Positions 44,105 to 54,126 of a DNA stretch of 64,000 nucleotides are shown piece by piece. Position 1 is the stretch's first letter, and each line of letters begins with the position of its first letter. The DNA lies in NCBI GenBank assembly GCA_017531795.1, contig JAFXKH010000043.1, forward strand, positions 38-64,037, read 5' to 3'. The stretch comes from Clostridia bacterium. GTDB taxonomy: Bacteria; Bacillota; Clostridia; Christensenellales; Pumilibacteraceae. The notes below the pieces were generated by a model. It was given only the letters and a program-made list of their open reading frames with translations. It searched no databases and had not been told where the DNA came from. Made by a program: the position numbers and the translations under genes.

Positions 44105-45587
44105 TTTTAACAAAAAGTTCATAGAAAATAATCCACAATTTGATTATATTCATTTCATCTCGGCGGTCGTAGATTCGATTAAGTTGAAGGTGTCTTTTGA
44201 AATAGTTTACAAAAAAGAGTTTGAGGAAAACTATTTTCGGGACAAGTCTTTGATCCTCATGGCTGTATCAAAACTTTTACCACCTTCCGTGCCTTTTGAG
44301 ATTAAGGCATACGCTTCCGTTTTTTCTGCAAGAGAAATAGAAAAAGCGATTTTCGAATTTATTGGAAAAGAGAGTACTCTCGTTTATTCTGCGCTGAAAA
44401 AAGATTGCGTAAACGTATCTACTGAGAACAAGTCATTGACTTTTACTTTACCCGACGGCGTAGTGGAGTATATAAACAAACAAGATTTATTGAACAGTAT
44501 AAAACAACATCTTAAACTGAAATTCTTCTCAGAATTTGACGTTAATTTAGTGGGCGTAAAAGAAAACATTGATGAGATCAACAAACGATTAAACGATTTA
44601 GAAGACGTTATAAAATATTCTTACGAGCGTCCCAACGAAGGCAGAGTAATAAAACCCGTTGGCGTTACTCACATGTACGGAAAAGACGTATCATCGCTTG
44701 CTTCGTATATTTCAGACTGCATAACCCCCGGTTTTTATACTATTTATGGCGAGATTAATGAAGTAAAAATCATTGAATACGAAAAAAAGATAAAAAAACA
44801 AGGAGAAAATCCGAAAGGCAAATTAGTGACTTTCGTACTTGATGACGGTACTGCAAGAATCAATTGTATTTTTTTCGCGCCAAAAAATAACCATGAAATC
44901 ATTAAGTATTTCGTAGATAATACGTATATAGTATCCGAAGGTTTTATTGACTATGACGTAAAAAAAGAAGACGGCTCATTGCAATTCAGAGTAATCAGAT
45001 TTTCTGGTTGTGAGAGAACTGAATTTGAAATTAATCCGGTAGTAATGATTCCGCCTCAAAAGTATAGATTTGCAAAGCCTGAAAAATACGTCACGCTTTC
45101 TCAAACGAATTTGTATTCCGAGCGTGTTCCTTTGACTTCTGATAATATTGTAGTATTTAGTCTTCTCACTACGTCACAAAATAAATTTACGACGGGAGAA
45201 CTTCTCGAATTTTCTGCTTTCAAACTCATAGGTGGACAAATAGTTGAGTATATGACTTCTCTTGTAAGACCGGGAATACTTCCTAGTGAAGAATTTCGCG
45301 GTACGCTTGGGCTTTTGAAGTCGGAAATAGAAAAAAGTCCTACGTTTGATCAAGTGCTTCCTGACTTTTATAAATTCTTTAATGGTTGTACTCTCGTATC
45401 GCATCCAATTGATTTGAACATCAGCGTAATTCGTCCGTATTTTGAAAAGCTTCATATACCGGAGCCTACGGTAATTGATATAACGTCGTGGGCGGATATA
45501 AACATTGTTAAGAAGTTCGCGCCTAAATCACCCACGAGAACTTTTATTACGGCGGAAAACTACGCTAAAATTCTTGCTTCTGTATAA
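44097..45587 (+). CDS. PolC-derived protein: PolC N-terminal domain + OB fold + catalytically degenerate DnaQ-like exonuclease fold; no PHP or polymerase core
   Basis: 496 aa. GTG start overlaps the ispG end. It occupies the polC position upstream of rimP-nusA. OB segment: GKLVTFVLDDGTARINCIFFAPKN...YIVSEGFIDYD. Exonuclease-like segment: IVVFSLLTTSQ...LLEFSAFKLIGGQIVEY...TLVSHPIDLNISVI...TRTFITAENYAKIL, collinear with the PolC sequence VVFDVETTGL...IIELAAVKVKGGEIIDKF...ILVAHNASFDMGFL...HRAIYDAEATAYLL. Confidence 0.6.
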   Translation: MIDFNKKFIENNPQFDYIHFISAVVDSIKLKVSFEIVYKKEFEENYFRDKSLILMAVSKLLPPSVPFEIKAYASVFSAREIEKAIFEFIGKESTLVYSALKKDCVNVSTENKSLTFTLPDGVVEYINKQDLLNSIKQHLKLKFFSEFDVNLVGVKENIDEINKRLNDLEDVIKYSYERPNEGRVIKPVGVTHMYGKDVSSLASYISDCITPGFYTIYGEINEVKIIEYEKKIKKQGENPKGKLVTFVLDDGTARINCIFFAPKNNHEIIKYFVDNTYIVSEGFIDYDVKKEDGSLQFRVIRFSGCERTEFEINPVVMIPPQKYRFAKPEKYVTLSQTNLYSERVPLTSDNIVVFSLLTTSQNKFTTGELLEFSAFKLIGGQIVEYMTSLVRPGILPSEEFRGTLGLLKSEIEKSPTFDQVLPDFYKFFNGCTLVSHPIDLNISVIRPYFEKLHIPEPTVIDITSWADINIVKKFAPKSPTRTFITAENYAKILASV

Positions 45588-45593
45588 AAATGC

Positions 45594-45622
45594 TTGCAAT
45601 TATATACTTAATATGATATAAT
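45594..45622 (+). promoter_or_regulatory. Near-consensus sigma-A promoter (extended -10) for the rimP-nusA-infB operon
   Basis: TTGCAA, a 17-nt spacer, then TGaTATAAT. Confidence 0.55.
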
Positions 45623-45647
45623 ATGCTTACTTAAATAGTTTTAACTA

Positions 45648-45682
45648 TAAGAGTGGGCTTGCAGTCCGCTCTTAACTTTTTT
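45648..45682 (+). terminator. Terminator-like hairpin in the rimP leader (candidate attenuator)
   Basis: TAAGAGTGG-(9-nt loop)-CCGCTCTTA followed by ACTTTTTT, ending immediately before the GGAG RBS of rimP. Confidence 0.5.
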
Positions 45683-45690
45683 GGAGAAAT

Positions 45691-46146
45691 ATGAACGCTC
45701 AGATTTACAATGCAATAAACGATACGATTATTAATCTCGGTTATGAAATTGTTGATATTGAAGAACGTATTGAATACGGTAGTAAAATCATTACTATATT
45801 TGTAGATAAAGTTCCTGACGGTATTAGTTTGAACGATTGTGAAGCAATTCATTACGCGATTGAGCCAATTATTGACGAACTTGATCCTACGAACGGAAAA
45901 CCGTACGTATTTGAGGTTTCTTCTCCCGGATTGGATCGCCCGTTCAAAACCTTACGTGACTTTGAGCGAAATTACAATAAAGACGTTGAAATTAAGTTAT
46001 ACGCCCCTATAAAAGGTAAGAAAACTTTTGAAGGAACACTAATAGAAAGAACGCAAGCATATACGCTAATAAGTATTAATGGCGTTGAAAATAAGATTGA
46101 AAATACGAGGATTGCTCTCGTTCGACCGCTTATAAAATTTGATTAA
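45691..46146 (+). CDS. rimP: Ribosome maturation factor RimP
   Basis: YVFEVSSPGLDRPFK motif. Position immediately upstream of nusA. Confidence 0.88.
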   Translation: MNAQIYNAINDTIINLGYEIVDIEERIEYGSKIITIFVDKVPDGISLNDCEAIHYAIEPIIDELDPTNGKPYVFEVSSPGLDRPFKTLRDFERNYNKDVEIKLYAPIKGKKTFEGTLIERTQAYTLISINGVENKIENTRIALVRPLIKFD

Positions 46147-46172
46147 TCGGAATAATTTCGGAGGAATATATA

Positions 46173-47273
46173 ATGATAAATAAGGATTTTTTTACCGCTC
46201 TTGATTTGCTTGAGAGTGAAAAGAAAATACCCAAGGAAGTTTTTATTGAAACTTTGGAAAATGCGTTAGCTCTTGCATATAAAAAGCAATTTGGCATGGC
46301 AAAAGAAGTTCAGGTGCTTCTTGTTCCCGAACGCAATGCAATTCGTTGTCTTGCCACTCTTACCGTTGTGGAAGAAGTAGAGGATAAAGACACGCAAATC
46401 AGCCTTGAAGACGCTAAAATTATTGATAAGAAATATAAAGTAGGAGATAAAATCACCGAAGAAATCAATAGTAAGGATTTTGGCAGAATTATTGCTCAAA
46501 ATGCGAAACAAGTTATTTTACAGAAACTCAGAGAAATTGAAAATAGCGTAGCATACGAAGAATTGTCTGAGAAAGAAGACGAATTACTTACAAGCGTAGT
46601 AAGAAGAATAGAGGGTAAGTACGTTTACGTTGAAGTTAAAAAACTTGAAGCAGTATTATCTCCAACCGATCAGCTTCCCGGAGATAAATTTTCTGTCGGA
46701 GAACGCATTAAGATTTACGTTAAGAAAATCAAGCAGGGAACGAAAGGACCTCAGGTACAAGTTTCTCGTACCGTTCCCGGTTTTGTCCGTAAACTTTTTG
46801 AAGCGGAAGTTCCCGAAATCAAAGCCGGACAGGTTCTTATTAAGGGCTTAGTTAGAGAGCCCGGTTTCAGAACAAAAATGGCTGTTTATAGCGATGATCC
46901 AAACATTGATGCAGTTGGCGCGTGTGTTGGCAACAGGGGTCTGCGCGTAAATGCGATAGTTTCCGAACTTGGCGGAGAAAAAATCGAAATTATCCCTTGG
47001 TGTGAAGATCCTCTTGAGTATATTGCAAGAGCGTTATCTCCGGCGAAAGTTATTATGGTAGAGGCTAACGAAACCGAAAAGAGCGCGAAAGTAATCGTTA
47101 AAGACGATATGCTCAGCCTTGCTATCGGTCGTGACGGACAAAATGCCCGTCTTGCTGCGCGTCTTACGGGTTGGAAAATAGACGTAAAACCTTATTCTAC
47201 AATCAAAAATATAGACGAAGACATTGATGAAGTGTCTGACGACGAGATTTCAGACGTTGGAGGCTTAGAATAA
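46173..47273 (+). CDS. nusA: Transcription termination/antitermination factor NusA
   Basis: N-terminal domain (FFTALDLLESEKKIPKEV), S1 domain, and KH domains (RVNAIVSELGGEKIEII; AIGRDGQNARLAARLTGWKIDV). Confidence 0.95.
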   Translation: MINKDFFTALDLLESEKKIPKEVFIETLENALALAYKKQFGMAKEVQVLLVPERNAIRCLATLTVVEEVEDKDTQISLEDAKIIDKKYKVGDKITEEINSKDFGRIIAQNAKQVILQKLREIENSVAYEELSEKEDELLTSVVRRIEGKYVYVEVKKLEAVLSPTDQLPGDKFSVGERIKIYVKKIKQGTKGPQVQVSRTVPGFVRKLFEAEVPEIKAGQVLIKGLVREPGFRTKMAVYSDDPNIDAVGACVGNRGLRVNAIVSELGGEKIEIIPWCEDPLEYIARALSPAKVIMVEANETEKSAKVIVKDDMLSLAIGRDGQNARLAARLTGWKIDVKPYSTIKNIDEDIDEVSDDEISDVGGLE

Positions 47274-47274
47274 T

Positions 47275-47529
47275 ATGGGCAAAATTCCACAAAGAATGTG
47301 TATTGCTTGCAGAGAGATGAAGGATAAGCGCGCTTTAATTAGATGTGTATTAGTTTCAGATAATACAATTGAGCTTGATAAAACCGGAAAAAAGAACGGT
47401 AGAGGCGCGTATATTTGCGCTGATATCAACTGTATTTCAAAGGCAAAGAAACACAATCTTTTGGAAAAATCTCTCGGTGTTCAGCCAAGCGATTCCATTT
47501 ATGATCAATTAAGCAATGAACAAACTTAA
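47275..47529 (+). CDS. ylxR: YlxR/RnpM family (DUF448) RNA-binding protein
   Basis: PQRMCIACREMKDKRALIR...GRGAYIC motif. Lies between nusA and infB. Confidence 0.85.
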   Translation: MGKIPQRMCIACREMKDKRALIRCVLVSDNTIELDKTGKKNGRGAYICADINCISKAKKHNLLEKSLGVQPSDSIYDQLSNEQT

Positions 47530-47803
47530 AAGTTATCTCGGTTTTGCTGTAAAATCAAATAAACTGATCTACGGCATTGACAATATTGAATTAAGCAAGC
47601 GTAAGAAATACGTGATTCTAATCAGCGTAGATGCCAGCGAAAATTTGCACAAAAAAGCAAAATCTTACGCGGAAAAATATTCAATACCGTTTATAAAATT
47701 AAACGAAACCTTAGAAGAATTAATATATAAAAATAACTGTAAAATAATAGCCTTGTTAGACAAAAACATGGCTGACGCCGTAATAAATACTTTTGGGAGG
47801 TAA
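47516..47803 (+). CDS. ylxQ: L7Ae/YlxQ family RNA-binding protein
   Basis: 95 aa. LGFAVKSNKLIYGIDNIE...VILISVDASEN pattern. Conserved position before infB. Confidence 0.75.
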   Translation: MNKLKSYLGFAVKSNKLIYGIDNIELSKRKKYVILISVDASENLHKKAKSYAEKYSIPFIKLNETLEELIYKNNCKIIALLDKNMADAVINTFGR

Positions 47804-47804
47804 T

Positions 47805-50279
47805 ATGGCACAGGAGCAAAAACAGACTAAAACTTTTTCAGTAGAATTTCTTAAAAAACTAATTGCTCAAGTTAGTTCTGGTGGGGAATTTCTTGCTTAT
47901 CGCAAAGAAATAGAGCAAGCGCAGACAAAAGTGGTCAGCGTTCTTTCCTCATGCAGAGATATTTCATTCACCGTAAACAAGAAGAAAGCAGAGGAGCGCG
48001 CTACTGAAGTTGATAAAACCGAAAACGTAGAAATCAAATCAGATATTGCGCGCAAAGAAAAGCCTTCTTCTACTAAAAAAGAAGTAGAGAAACCTAAAAC
48101 ACCTGTTTCTGACTCAAAACAAAAAACCGTGACGACGCCAATGGCTACCGTTAAAACTAAGCGTATGGATAATACGCCGAGTTACGTTAAAGGGGTAGTG
48201 AATCTTAAACAAGAGCCTAAAAAACCTCGTACTCAAACCAAAACTGCTCCCACTCAACGCGCAACGACTTCACCTCAGACTCCCTCTGCTCCCAGACCTA
48301 CTCTCTCAAAGTTGACTACACCTCCTCCCACAGTCAACATTGTAAAACCCAGAAAAACGGCGGATAAAAAGAAAGACACAGTAAAATATGAAGAAAAGAA
48401 GTCAATGACAAAGCGTACGTTAATACGTAAAGGCTTTATTCAAGACGACATTGACGACGATAGAGTAAGAGTAAGGAAATTAAAGAATAAAAAGAAAACT
48501 GAGCAAGTTATTGCTGAACCTAAGGTAATTGATAACGTAACGATTACTTCAACGCAAGTTACCGTAAAACAATTAAGCGAGCTTATCGGCGTTTCTGCGC
48601 AGGAAATTATGAAGAAAATGCTTATGATGGGTGGCGCGCCCATTACGTCTATAAATTCCGTTGTAGACTTTGATACGCTTTTCCTTGTTGCAGATTCTTT
48701 TGGAGTAACGCTTACTCAAAAACTTGCGCAATCGCAAGAAGAACTTGCAGAAGCATTGCACGACGAAGTAGACGACGAAAAGGATCTCCTTCCTCGTCCT
48801 CCCGTTATTACTGTAATGGGACACGTTGACCACGGTAAAACCAGTCTTCTTGATGCTATAAGAAAAACGAACGTAGTAAGTGGAGAGGCCGGTGGTATAA
48901 CACAGCACATCGGCGCGTATTCCGTTTCTTGGGAATATGAAAAGAAAAAGAGACTTATTACTTTCCTTGATACACCTGGTCACGAAGCCTTTACTGAAAT
49001 GCGCGCGCGAGGCTCGAAAATTACGGATATTGTAATTCTTGTAGTTGCCGCTGACGACGGAGTTCAACCTCAAACTATTGAAGCAATTAATCACGTTAAG
49101 GCTGCGAACGCTCCTCTTATTGTGGCAATTAATAAAATTGATAAACCCACCGCAAATATTGACAAAATCAAAGAGGAACTTTCCGTTCACGGAATTATTA
49201 CTGACGAGTGGGGCGGTGATACCAGAATGGTTCCTATATCTGCGAAGAAGAGAATTGGCATTGACACACTTCTCGAAGAAATTCTTTTCCTTGCCGACTT
49301 GAACGACTATAAAGCGAACCCCAACAGAAAAGCGCGTGGCGCAATTGTTGAAGCGCGTCTTGACCGCGGTAAAGGTCCTATCGCGACCATTATCGTACAG
49401 AACGGAACTCTTAAAAGCGGTGATGCTGTCGTTTGCGGAACAACCTACGGTAAAATACGTAGCATGACTGATTCAAGCGGAAAAATAGTTAAGACTGCTC
49501 TTCCGTCAACAGCTGTTTCAGTTATGGGTCTTTCAGGTATTCCTAATGCCGGTGACGACATGTGGGTAGTAGAAGACGAAAAAACTGCAAAAGAAATAGC
49601 CGAAGGTCGTATTGAAAAAGATAGACTTTCGCACGTTGAAGATATGGCGATTAAGTCTTTTGAACTCAATACTCTTAAAGATCTTAACGTTATTATTAAG
49701 GCTGACGTTCAAGGCTCTGCCGAAGCGCTTAAAAATTCTATCGCAAAATTAGTGAACGAAGAAGTAAAAGTCAGCGTCGTTCATTGCGCGGTAGGTATGA
49801 TAAACAAATCTGATATGATGCTTGCTGAAGTTACTAACGCTATGGTCATAGGATTTAACGTAAAACCTGATTCAGAAGCGAGAATTATAGCAGAGCAAAG
49901 TAAAATTAATATCGGCTCGTACAGCGTTATTTACGACGCTATAGATGCCGTAGAATCTGCAATGTCAGGCATGACCGAGCCGAAGTATCAAGAAGTATAC
50001 ATTGGTACAGCGCAAGTCAGAAATATCTTTAAGATTTCCAGCGTTGGTGTCGTTGCGGGCTCTTACGTCCTTGACGGTAAAATTCAACGTGGCGCAAAAG
50101 TACTCGTTAAACGTAGAGGCGAAACTGTTTATGAGGGCACAATAAGCGGATTAAAACGTTTCAAAGACGATGCAAAAGAAGTCGCTACGGGATTTGAGTG
50201 CGGTATATCTGTCGACGGATATAGTGATTTCGTTCTTGATGACGAAATTGAAGCTTACGTTATGGAAAGAATCAAATGA
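47805..50279 (+). CDS. infB: Translation initiation factor IF-2
   Basis: G domain ([29 protein letters not shown]). Low-complexity K/T/P-rich N-terminal region. ATG at 47805 follows GGGAGG. Confidence 0.95.
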   Translation: MAQEQKQTKTFSVEFLKKLIAQVSSGGEFLAYRKEIEQAQTKVVSVLSSCRDISFTVNKKKAEERATEVDKTENVEIKSDIARKEKPSSTKKEVEKPKTPVSDSKQKTVTTPMATVKTKRMDNTPSYVKGVVNLKQEPKKPRTQTKTAPTQRATTSPQTPSAPRPTLSKLTTPPPTVNIVKPRKTADKKKDTVKYEEKKSMTKRTLIRKGFIQDDIDDDRVRVRKLKNKKKTEQVIAEPKVIDNVTITSTQVTVKQLSELIGVSAQEIMKKMLMMGGAPITSINSVVDFDTLFLVADSFGVTLTQKLAQSQEELAEALHDEVDDEKDLLPRPPVITVMGHVDHGKTSLLDAIRKTNVVSGEAGGITQHIGAYSVSWEYEKKKRLITFLDTPGHEAFTEMRARGSKITDIVILVVAADDGVQPQTIEAINHVKAANAPLIVAINKIDKPTANIDKIKEELSVHGIITDEWGGDTRMVPISAKKRIGIDTLLEEILFLADLNDYKANPNRKARGAIVEARLDRGKGPIATIIVQNGTLKSGDAVVCGTTYGKIRSMTDSSGKIVKTALPSTAVSVMGLSGIPNAGDDMWVVEDEKTAKEIAEGRIEKDRLSHVEDMAIKSFELNTLKDLNVIIKADVQGSAEALKNSIAKLVNEEVKVSVVHCAVGMINKSDMMLAEVTNAMVIGFNVKPDSEARIIAEQSKINIGSYSVIYDAIDAVESAMSGMTEPKYQEVYIGTAQVRNIFKISSVGVVAGSYVLDGKIQRGAKVLVKRRGETVYEGTISGLKRFKDDAKEVATGFECGISVDGYSDFVLDDEIEAYVMERIK

Positions 50280-50632
50280 GTTATAAAACAAACAGAACAG
50301 CAAGTGAATTGCAAAAAAGCATTTCGTTGATTATTCAAAATAAATTGCGTAACCCTGACGTATCACCGCTTGCAACCATTACAGAAGTAACCGTTTCAAA
50401 GGATTTGAGATACGCCACAGTTTACGTCAGTACTTTTGATGATACCGAAAAAACCGTTTCTGCGCTTAATAATTCGGCAGGATTTATAAAGCGTGAACTT
50501 TCGTTCGCTATGAAGAATATGCGAACTGTTCCTACACTCGTTTTTAAGAGTGACGCTTCTGCTGAGTACGGAAGAAAAATTGATTCAATTTTAAGGGGAC
50601 TTGAAAATGAATTCCATTCTGAAAGCGATTAA
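50276..50632 (+). CDS. rbfA: Ribosome-binding factor A
   Basis: R..R.A..L.K.IS..I pattern (RTASELQKSISLIIQNKLRNPDV...ITEVTVSKDLRYATVYVS). Confidence 0.9.
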   Translation: MSYKTNRTASELQKSISLIIQNKLRNPDVSPLATITEVTVSKDLRYATVYVSTFDDTEKTVSALNNSAGFIKRELSFAMKNMRTVPTLVFKSDASAEYGRKIDSILRGLENEFHSESD

Positions 50633-51548
50633 TAAAGCAAAGAGTGTTCTTATAATAGGACACGTAAGACCCGATGGCGACTGCATTGGGTCTGCTTTTG
50701 CAATCAGGGAATATTGTTTAAATTTAGGAAAAATAGCGGATGTAGGTAGTCCATCGCCCCTTCCGCTAGCGTATGCTTTTGTGAAAAATTCTGAAGTATG
50801 GAATAATATCACTCGCAAACATTACGATCTTTTTATAGCCGTTGACTGTGGTAGCGAAGATAGAATAGGTCGTTTTGACGTGTTTTTTAGATCTGCGACG
50901 GAAACGGTCTGGATAGACCATCACAGAGGGCATAGAGGCTTTGGAAAGTACAATCTTGTTAATGCTGAAGCATCGAGTACTTGCGAAATAGTTTTTGATA
51001 TATTAGAATCCGAGAAACTTATAAATTCTAAAATTGCTTATTATTTATATCTCGGTCTTTCTACTGATACGGGACATTTCATGCACAACAATACCACTCC
51101 GAAAGTTTTATACACAGCGTATAAATTAGCCTACTACGGCGCTGACGTTTATGGATTATCAACAGAATTATACAGAACGCGCACGAAAGCCAAAACGCAA
51201 CTTATTGCAAATTGTATAAATGCAATGCGCTTTTATGACGATGAGAAGGTATGTATTATTACAATTACGAAAGAAATGCTTGACGAAGTAGGACTTGCGT
51301 CTAATGATACTGAAGGGATTATTGATTATGCCATTGCCGTAAAAGGTGTGGAAATTGGCGTTAGTATGTGTGAGGAGCGCTCTTTAGAGTATAAAATCAG
51401 TTTCCGATCACGCAGGCGCGATGTTTGTGAAGTCGCTTCTTGTTTTGGCGGAGGCGGACACACTTTTGCTGCCGGTTGTAAAATCAACGGACGAAAAGAA
51501 GATGTCATTGATAAAATCTTAAAGGCAATTCGCGATACGGAGGATTGA
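50607..51548 (+). CDS. nrnA: DHH/DHHA1 family phosphoesterase (NrnA-like oligoribonuclease/pAp phosphatase)
   Basis: IIGHVRPDGDCIGS, AVDCGS, IDHH, DTGHF, and the DHHA1 motif GGGGHTFAAG. The start is uncertain (ATG 50607 or TTG 50601). Confidence 0.8.
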   Translation: MNSILKAINKAKSVLIIGHVRPDGDCIGSAFAIREYCLNLGKIADVGSPSPLPLAYAFVKNSEVWNNITRKHYDLFIAVDCGSEDRIGRFDVFFRSATETVWIDHHRGHRGFGKYNLVNAEASSTCEIVFDILESEKLINSKIAYYLYLGLSTDTGHFMHNNTTPKVLYTAYKLAYYGADVYGLSTELYRTRTKAKTQLIANCINAMRFYDDEKVCIITITKEMLDEVGLASNDTEGIIDYAIAVKGVEIGVSMCEERSLEYKISFRSRRRDVCEVASCFGGGGHTFAAGCKINGRKEDVIDKILKAIRDTED

Positions 51549-52405
51549 TGAACGGAATATTAAACGTTTATAAACCGCCCGGAGCATCCTCAGCCCAAAT
51601 CGTAGGTAAAGTCAAACATATTTTAAAGACTCGGGCAGTAGGCCATATGGGAACGCTTGATCCTATGGGTGAAGGAGTTCTTCTTATGGGCGTTGGAAAA
51701 GGAACTCGACTGTTTGACTATTTCTTATCCAAAACAAAAACTTACGAAGCAACATTTCGCTTCGGATTGATGACGGACACGATAGACGTTACGGGTGAGG
51801 TTACGGGTGAGACAACAGTCCTTCCCACCGTTCAGGAAATTAACGCTATTTTACCGTCGTTTATTGGTGAACAAGCGCAGTTGCCACCGCTTTATAGCGC
51901 AAAATCTGTCGGAGGCGTTAGAGCGTATAAATTGGCGCGCATGGGACAAACGGTAGAATTAAAACCTGCGATTATTACGATAAACTCGCTTGAACTTATT
52001 GGGACGATTGCTGAGAACGAATACCTTTTTCGTATTGACTGTTCAGCCGGTACGTACATAAGAAGTATTTGTCGCGATATTGCTGAAAAGCTCGGTTCTT
52101 TGGCGATTATGACGTCGATAAAACGCACTCGTTGTGGGCGTTATTTTTCAGACACTGCGACAGTCCTTGATGAAGTATCTCCCGAAAAAATAATACCGCT
52201 TCAAACAGCGATTCAAAGTATGCCGAAAGTATACGCCCCGGATAATCTATACAAAAAAATTGTAAATGGAGTTCCTGTTTTATTGGAAAACTGTCCAAAT
52301 GAAAAATTTGCTTTATTTTGCCGAGAAGAACTGATAGGTATTGCAGAATATACAGAAAAAGGTTGTAAAATCAAAACGTATTTGAAAGAGGATAATAATG
52401 CTTAA
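51545..52405 (+). CDS. truB: tRNA pseudouridine(55) synthase
   Basis: NGILNVYKPPGASS, catalytic GHMGTLDPMGEGVL, and SAGTYIRS. The start is ambiguous (TTG 51545 or ATG 51548). Confidence 0.92.
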   Translation: MMNGILNVYKPPGASSAQIVGKVKHILKTRAVGHMGTLDPMGEGVLLMGVGKGTRLFDYFLSKTKTYEATFRFGLMTDTIDVTGEVTGETTVLPTVQEINAILPSFIGEQAQLPPLYSAKSVGGVRAYKLARMGQTVELKPAIITINSLELIGTIAENEYLFRIDCSAGTYIRSICRDIAEKLGSLAIMTSIKRTRCGRYFSDTATVLDEVSPEKIIPLQTAIQSMPKVYAPDNLYKKIVNGVPVLLENCPNEKFALFCREELIGIAEYTEKGCKIKTYLKEDNNA

Positions 52406-53282
52406 AACGGTAGAATTTGGAAATTCCATAAATAATGAACTTTCGCTTGCTTTGGGATTTTTCGATGGGGTACATTTGGGACATCGAACCTTGCTTGATA
52501 GAGTTCGTTTATATTCCGTTCAGCACGATCTTACGCCTGCCGTTTCTACCTTTTCTGACATGGCGACAAGAAAAGAAATAATATACGATTATCACGAAAG
52601 ACGTAAAATCTTTGAAGAACTTGGTATGTCCGTATGCATTTCTCTTTCTTTTTTAAAAATTCATAAATTAAATGGAAAAGAGTTTTTTGAGGAATTAACA
52701 AGCATTTATAATATACGCCATATAGTATGCGGAGAAAATTATACTTTTGGTTCAGACAGATGCGACGTTAAAGTGTTAGCCGAACTGTGCGCCGAAAACG
52801 AAATAAAGTTAGAAGTACTTCCGTTATTAGACGTAGATTGCATTAGAGCAAGTAGTTCAAATATACGAAATTTACTAAAAAACGGAAATATTTCTTTGGC
52901 AAACAAACTGCTTGGTGAACCGTATCACGTTCGCGGTGAGGTAGTTCACGGCGACGGTCGAGGAAAGAACCTTGGTATTCCAACGGCAAATTTAGAGCCG
53001 TCGCTAACTGCCATGAAGATACGTAATGGCGTATACGGAACAAGAGTTATTATTGACGGAAATACATATAAGTCCGTTACAAACTACGGACCCAGACCTA
53101 CATTTTTGCAGAGCAAATTTGCAATAGAAACTAACGTTCCAAACGAAAAATTTCATACTTTAACGGGGCAAAACATAAAAGTTTATTTTTATAAATACCT
53201 TAGAGGCGTAAATAAGTTTGCCAACGAAAAGTTATTATTAAACGCAATTAAAAAAGATTTGGAGTGGATAAATGAAGATTAA
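52398..53282 (+). CDS. ribF: Bifunctional riboflavin kinase / FMN adenylyltransferase
   Basis: LGFFDGVHLGH, and the kinase domain GEVVHGDGRGKNLGIPTANL. Confidence 0.9.
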   Translation: MLKTVEFGNSINNELSLALGFFDGVHLGHRTLLDRVRLYSVQHDLTPAVSTFSDMATRKEIIYDYHERRKIFEELGMSVCISLSFLKIHKLNGKEFFEELTSIYNIRHIVCGENYTFGSDRCDVKVLAELCAENEIKLEVLPLLDVDCIRASSSNIRNLLKNGNISLANKLLGEPYHVRGEVVHGDGRGKNLGIPTANLEPSLTAMKIRNGVYGTRVIIDGNTYKSVTNYGPRPTFLQSKFAIETNVPNEKFHTLTGQNIKVYFYKYLRGVNKFANEKLLLNAIKKDLEWINED

Positions 53283-54126
53283 AATCGGTCCAAGCGGAAA
53301 TTCTCTTTCCTTTTACGATGAAGGACATACTCGTACGAAAGAAGCGGGTGAGTGGGTGGCGAATAAAGGATTAAACGCGTTTGAGTATTCTTTCGGCAGA
53401 GGCGTTCATATCTCAGAAGATTCAGCGAAAGAAATTGGCAAAGCATTTGCCAAGCACGGCGTTGAAATCAGTTCTCACGCGCCATATTATACTAATTTCG
53501 CGAATCCAAACGAAGATATGATTCAAAAATCTTTTGGATACATAAAGAGCACTATACTTGCCGAACATAACTTTGGTGGCAAACGCTCCGTTTTTCATCC
53601 TGCATCTTGCGGTAAAGTCTCACGAGCTGAAGCCGTTGCGGTTGCGACCAAAAACATTGCCCGTCTTGCTGAAGAACTCGATAGTCTTGATTTTGATTTT
53701 ATTCTTTGCCCTGAAACTATGGGGAAACTCAATCAAATTGGCACGGTAGAGGAGATCGTAGAGTTTTGTAAACTCAGCGAAAAGTTTTATCCTTGTTATG
53801 ATTTTGGTCATATAAATAGTTATACGCTTGGTGGAATAAAGGGATATGACGATTATAAGCGTATTATAGACTACACCGCAGATAATCTGGGCGACTTAAA
53901 AACAAAAAATATTCACGTGCATTTTTCAAAAATAATGTATGGAAGCAAGGGAGAATTAAAACACTTGACTTTCGCTGATGAAATTTACGGACCTGATTTT
54001 GAGGGATTTGCGCGACTGATTTCTGATTATAAACTTACGCCGTATATCGTTTGCGAGTCTAACGGTACGCAAGCCGAAGACGCTATGAGCATGCGAGATA
54101 TGATAAATCTTTTTATAAATAATTAA
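53272..54126 (+). CDS. Endonuclease IV family (AP endonuclease 2 / xylose-isomerase-like TIM barrel) protein
   Basis: Metal-ligand pattern is collinear with Nfo: SSHAPYYTNF, VFHPAS, LCPETMGK, YDFGHINS, VHFSK, and VCES. Confidence 0.6.
   Translation: MKIKIGPSGNSLSFYDEGHTRTKEAGEWVANKGLNAFEYSFGRGVHISEDSAKEIGKAFAKHGVEISSHAPYYTNFANPNEDMIQKSFGYIKSTILAEHNFGGKRSVFHPASCGKVSRAEAVAVATKNIARLAEELDSLDFDFILCPETMGKLNQIGTVEEIVEFCKLSEKFYPCYDFGHINSYTLGGIKGYDDYKRIIDYTADNLGDLKTKNIHVHFSKIMYGSKGELKHLTFADEIYGPDFEGFARLISDYKLTPYIVCESNGTQAEDAMSMRDMINLFINN

Noticed and set aside
48000-48480. Repetitive-looking K/T/P/S-rich stretch at the nucleotide level in infB, and the CAA/CAG poly-Gln run at ~18572-18590.
   Set aside because: These are low-complexity coding regions: the IF-2 N-terminal linker and a short Q5 tract. 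They are not tandem DNA repeats, CRISPR arrays or mobile-element termini.
48573-49190. 205-aa minus-strand ORF inside infB.
   Set aside because: It is antisense to the IF-2 G domain, so it is a shadow ORF.
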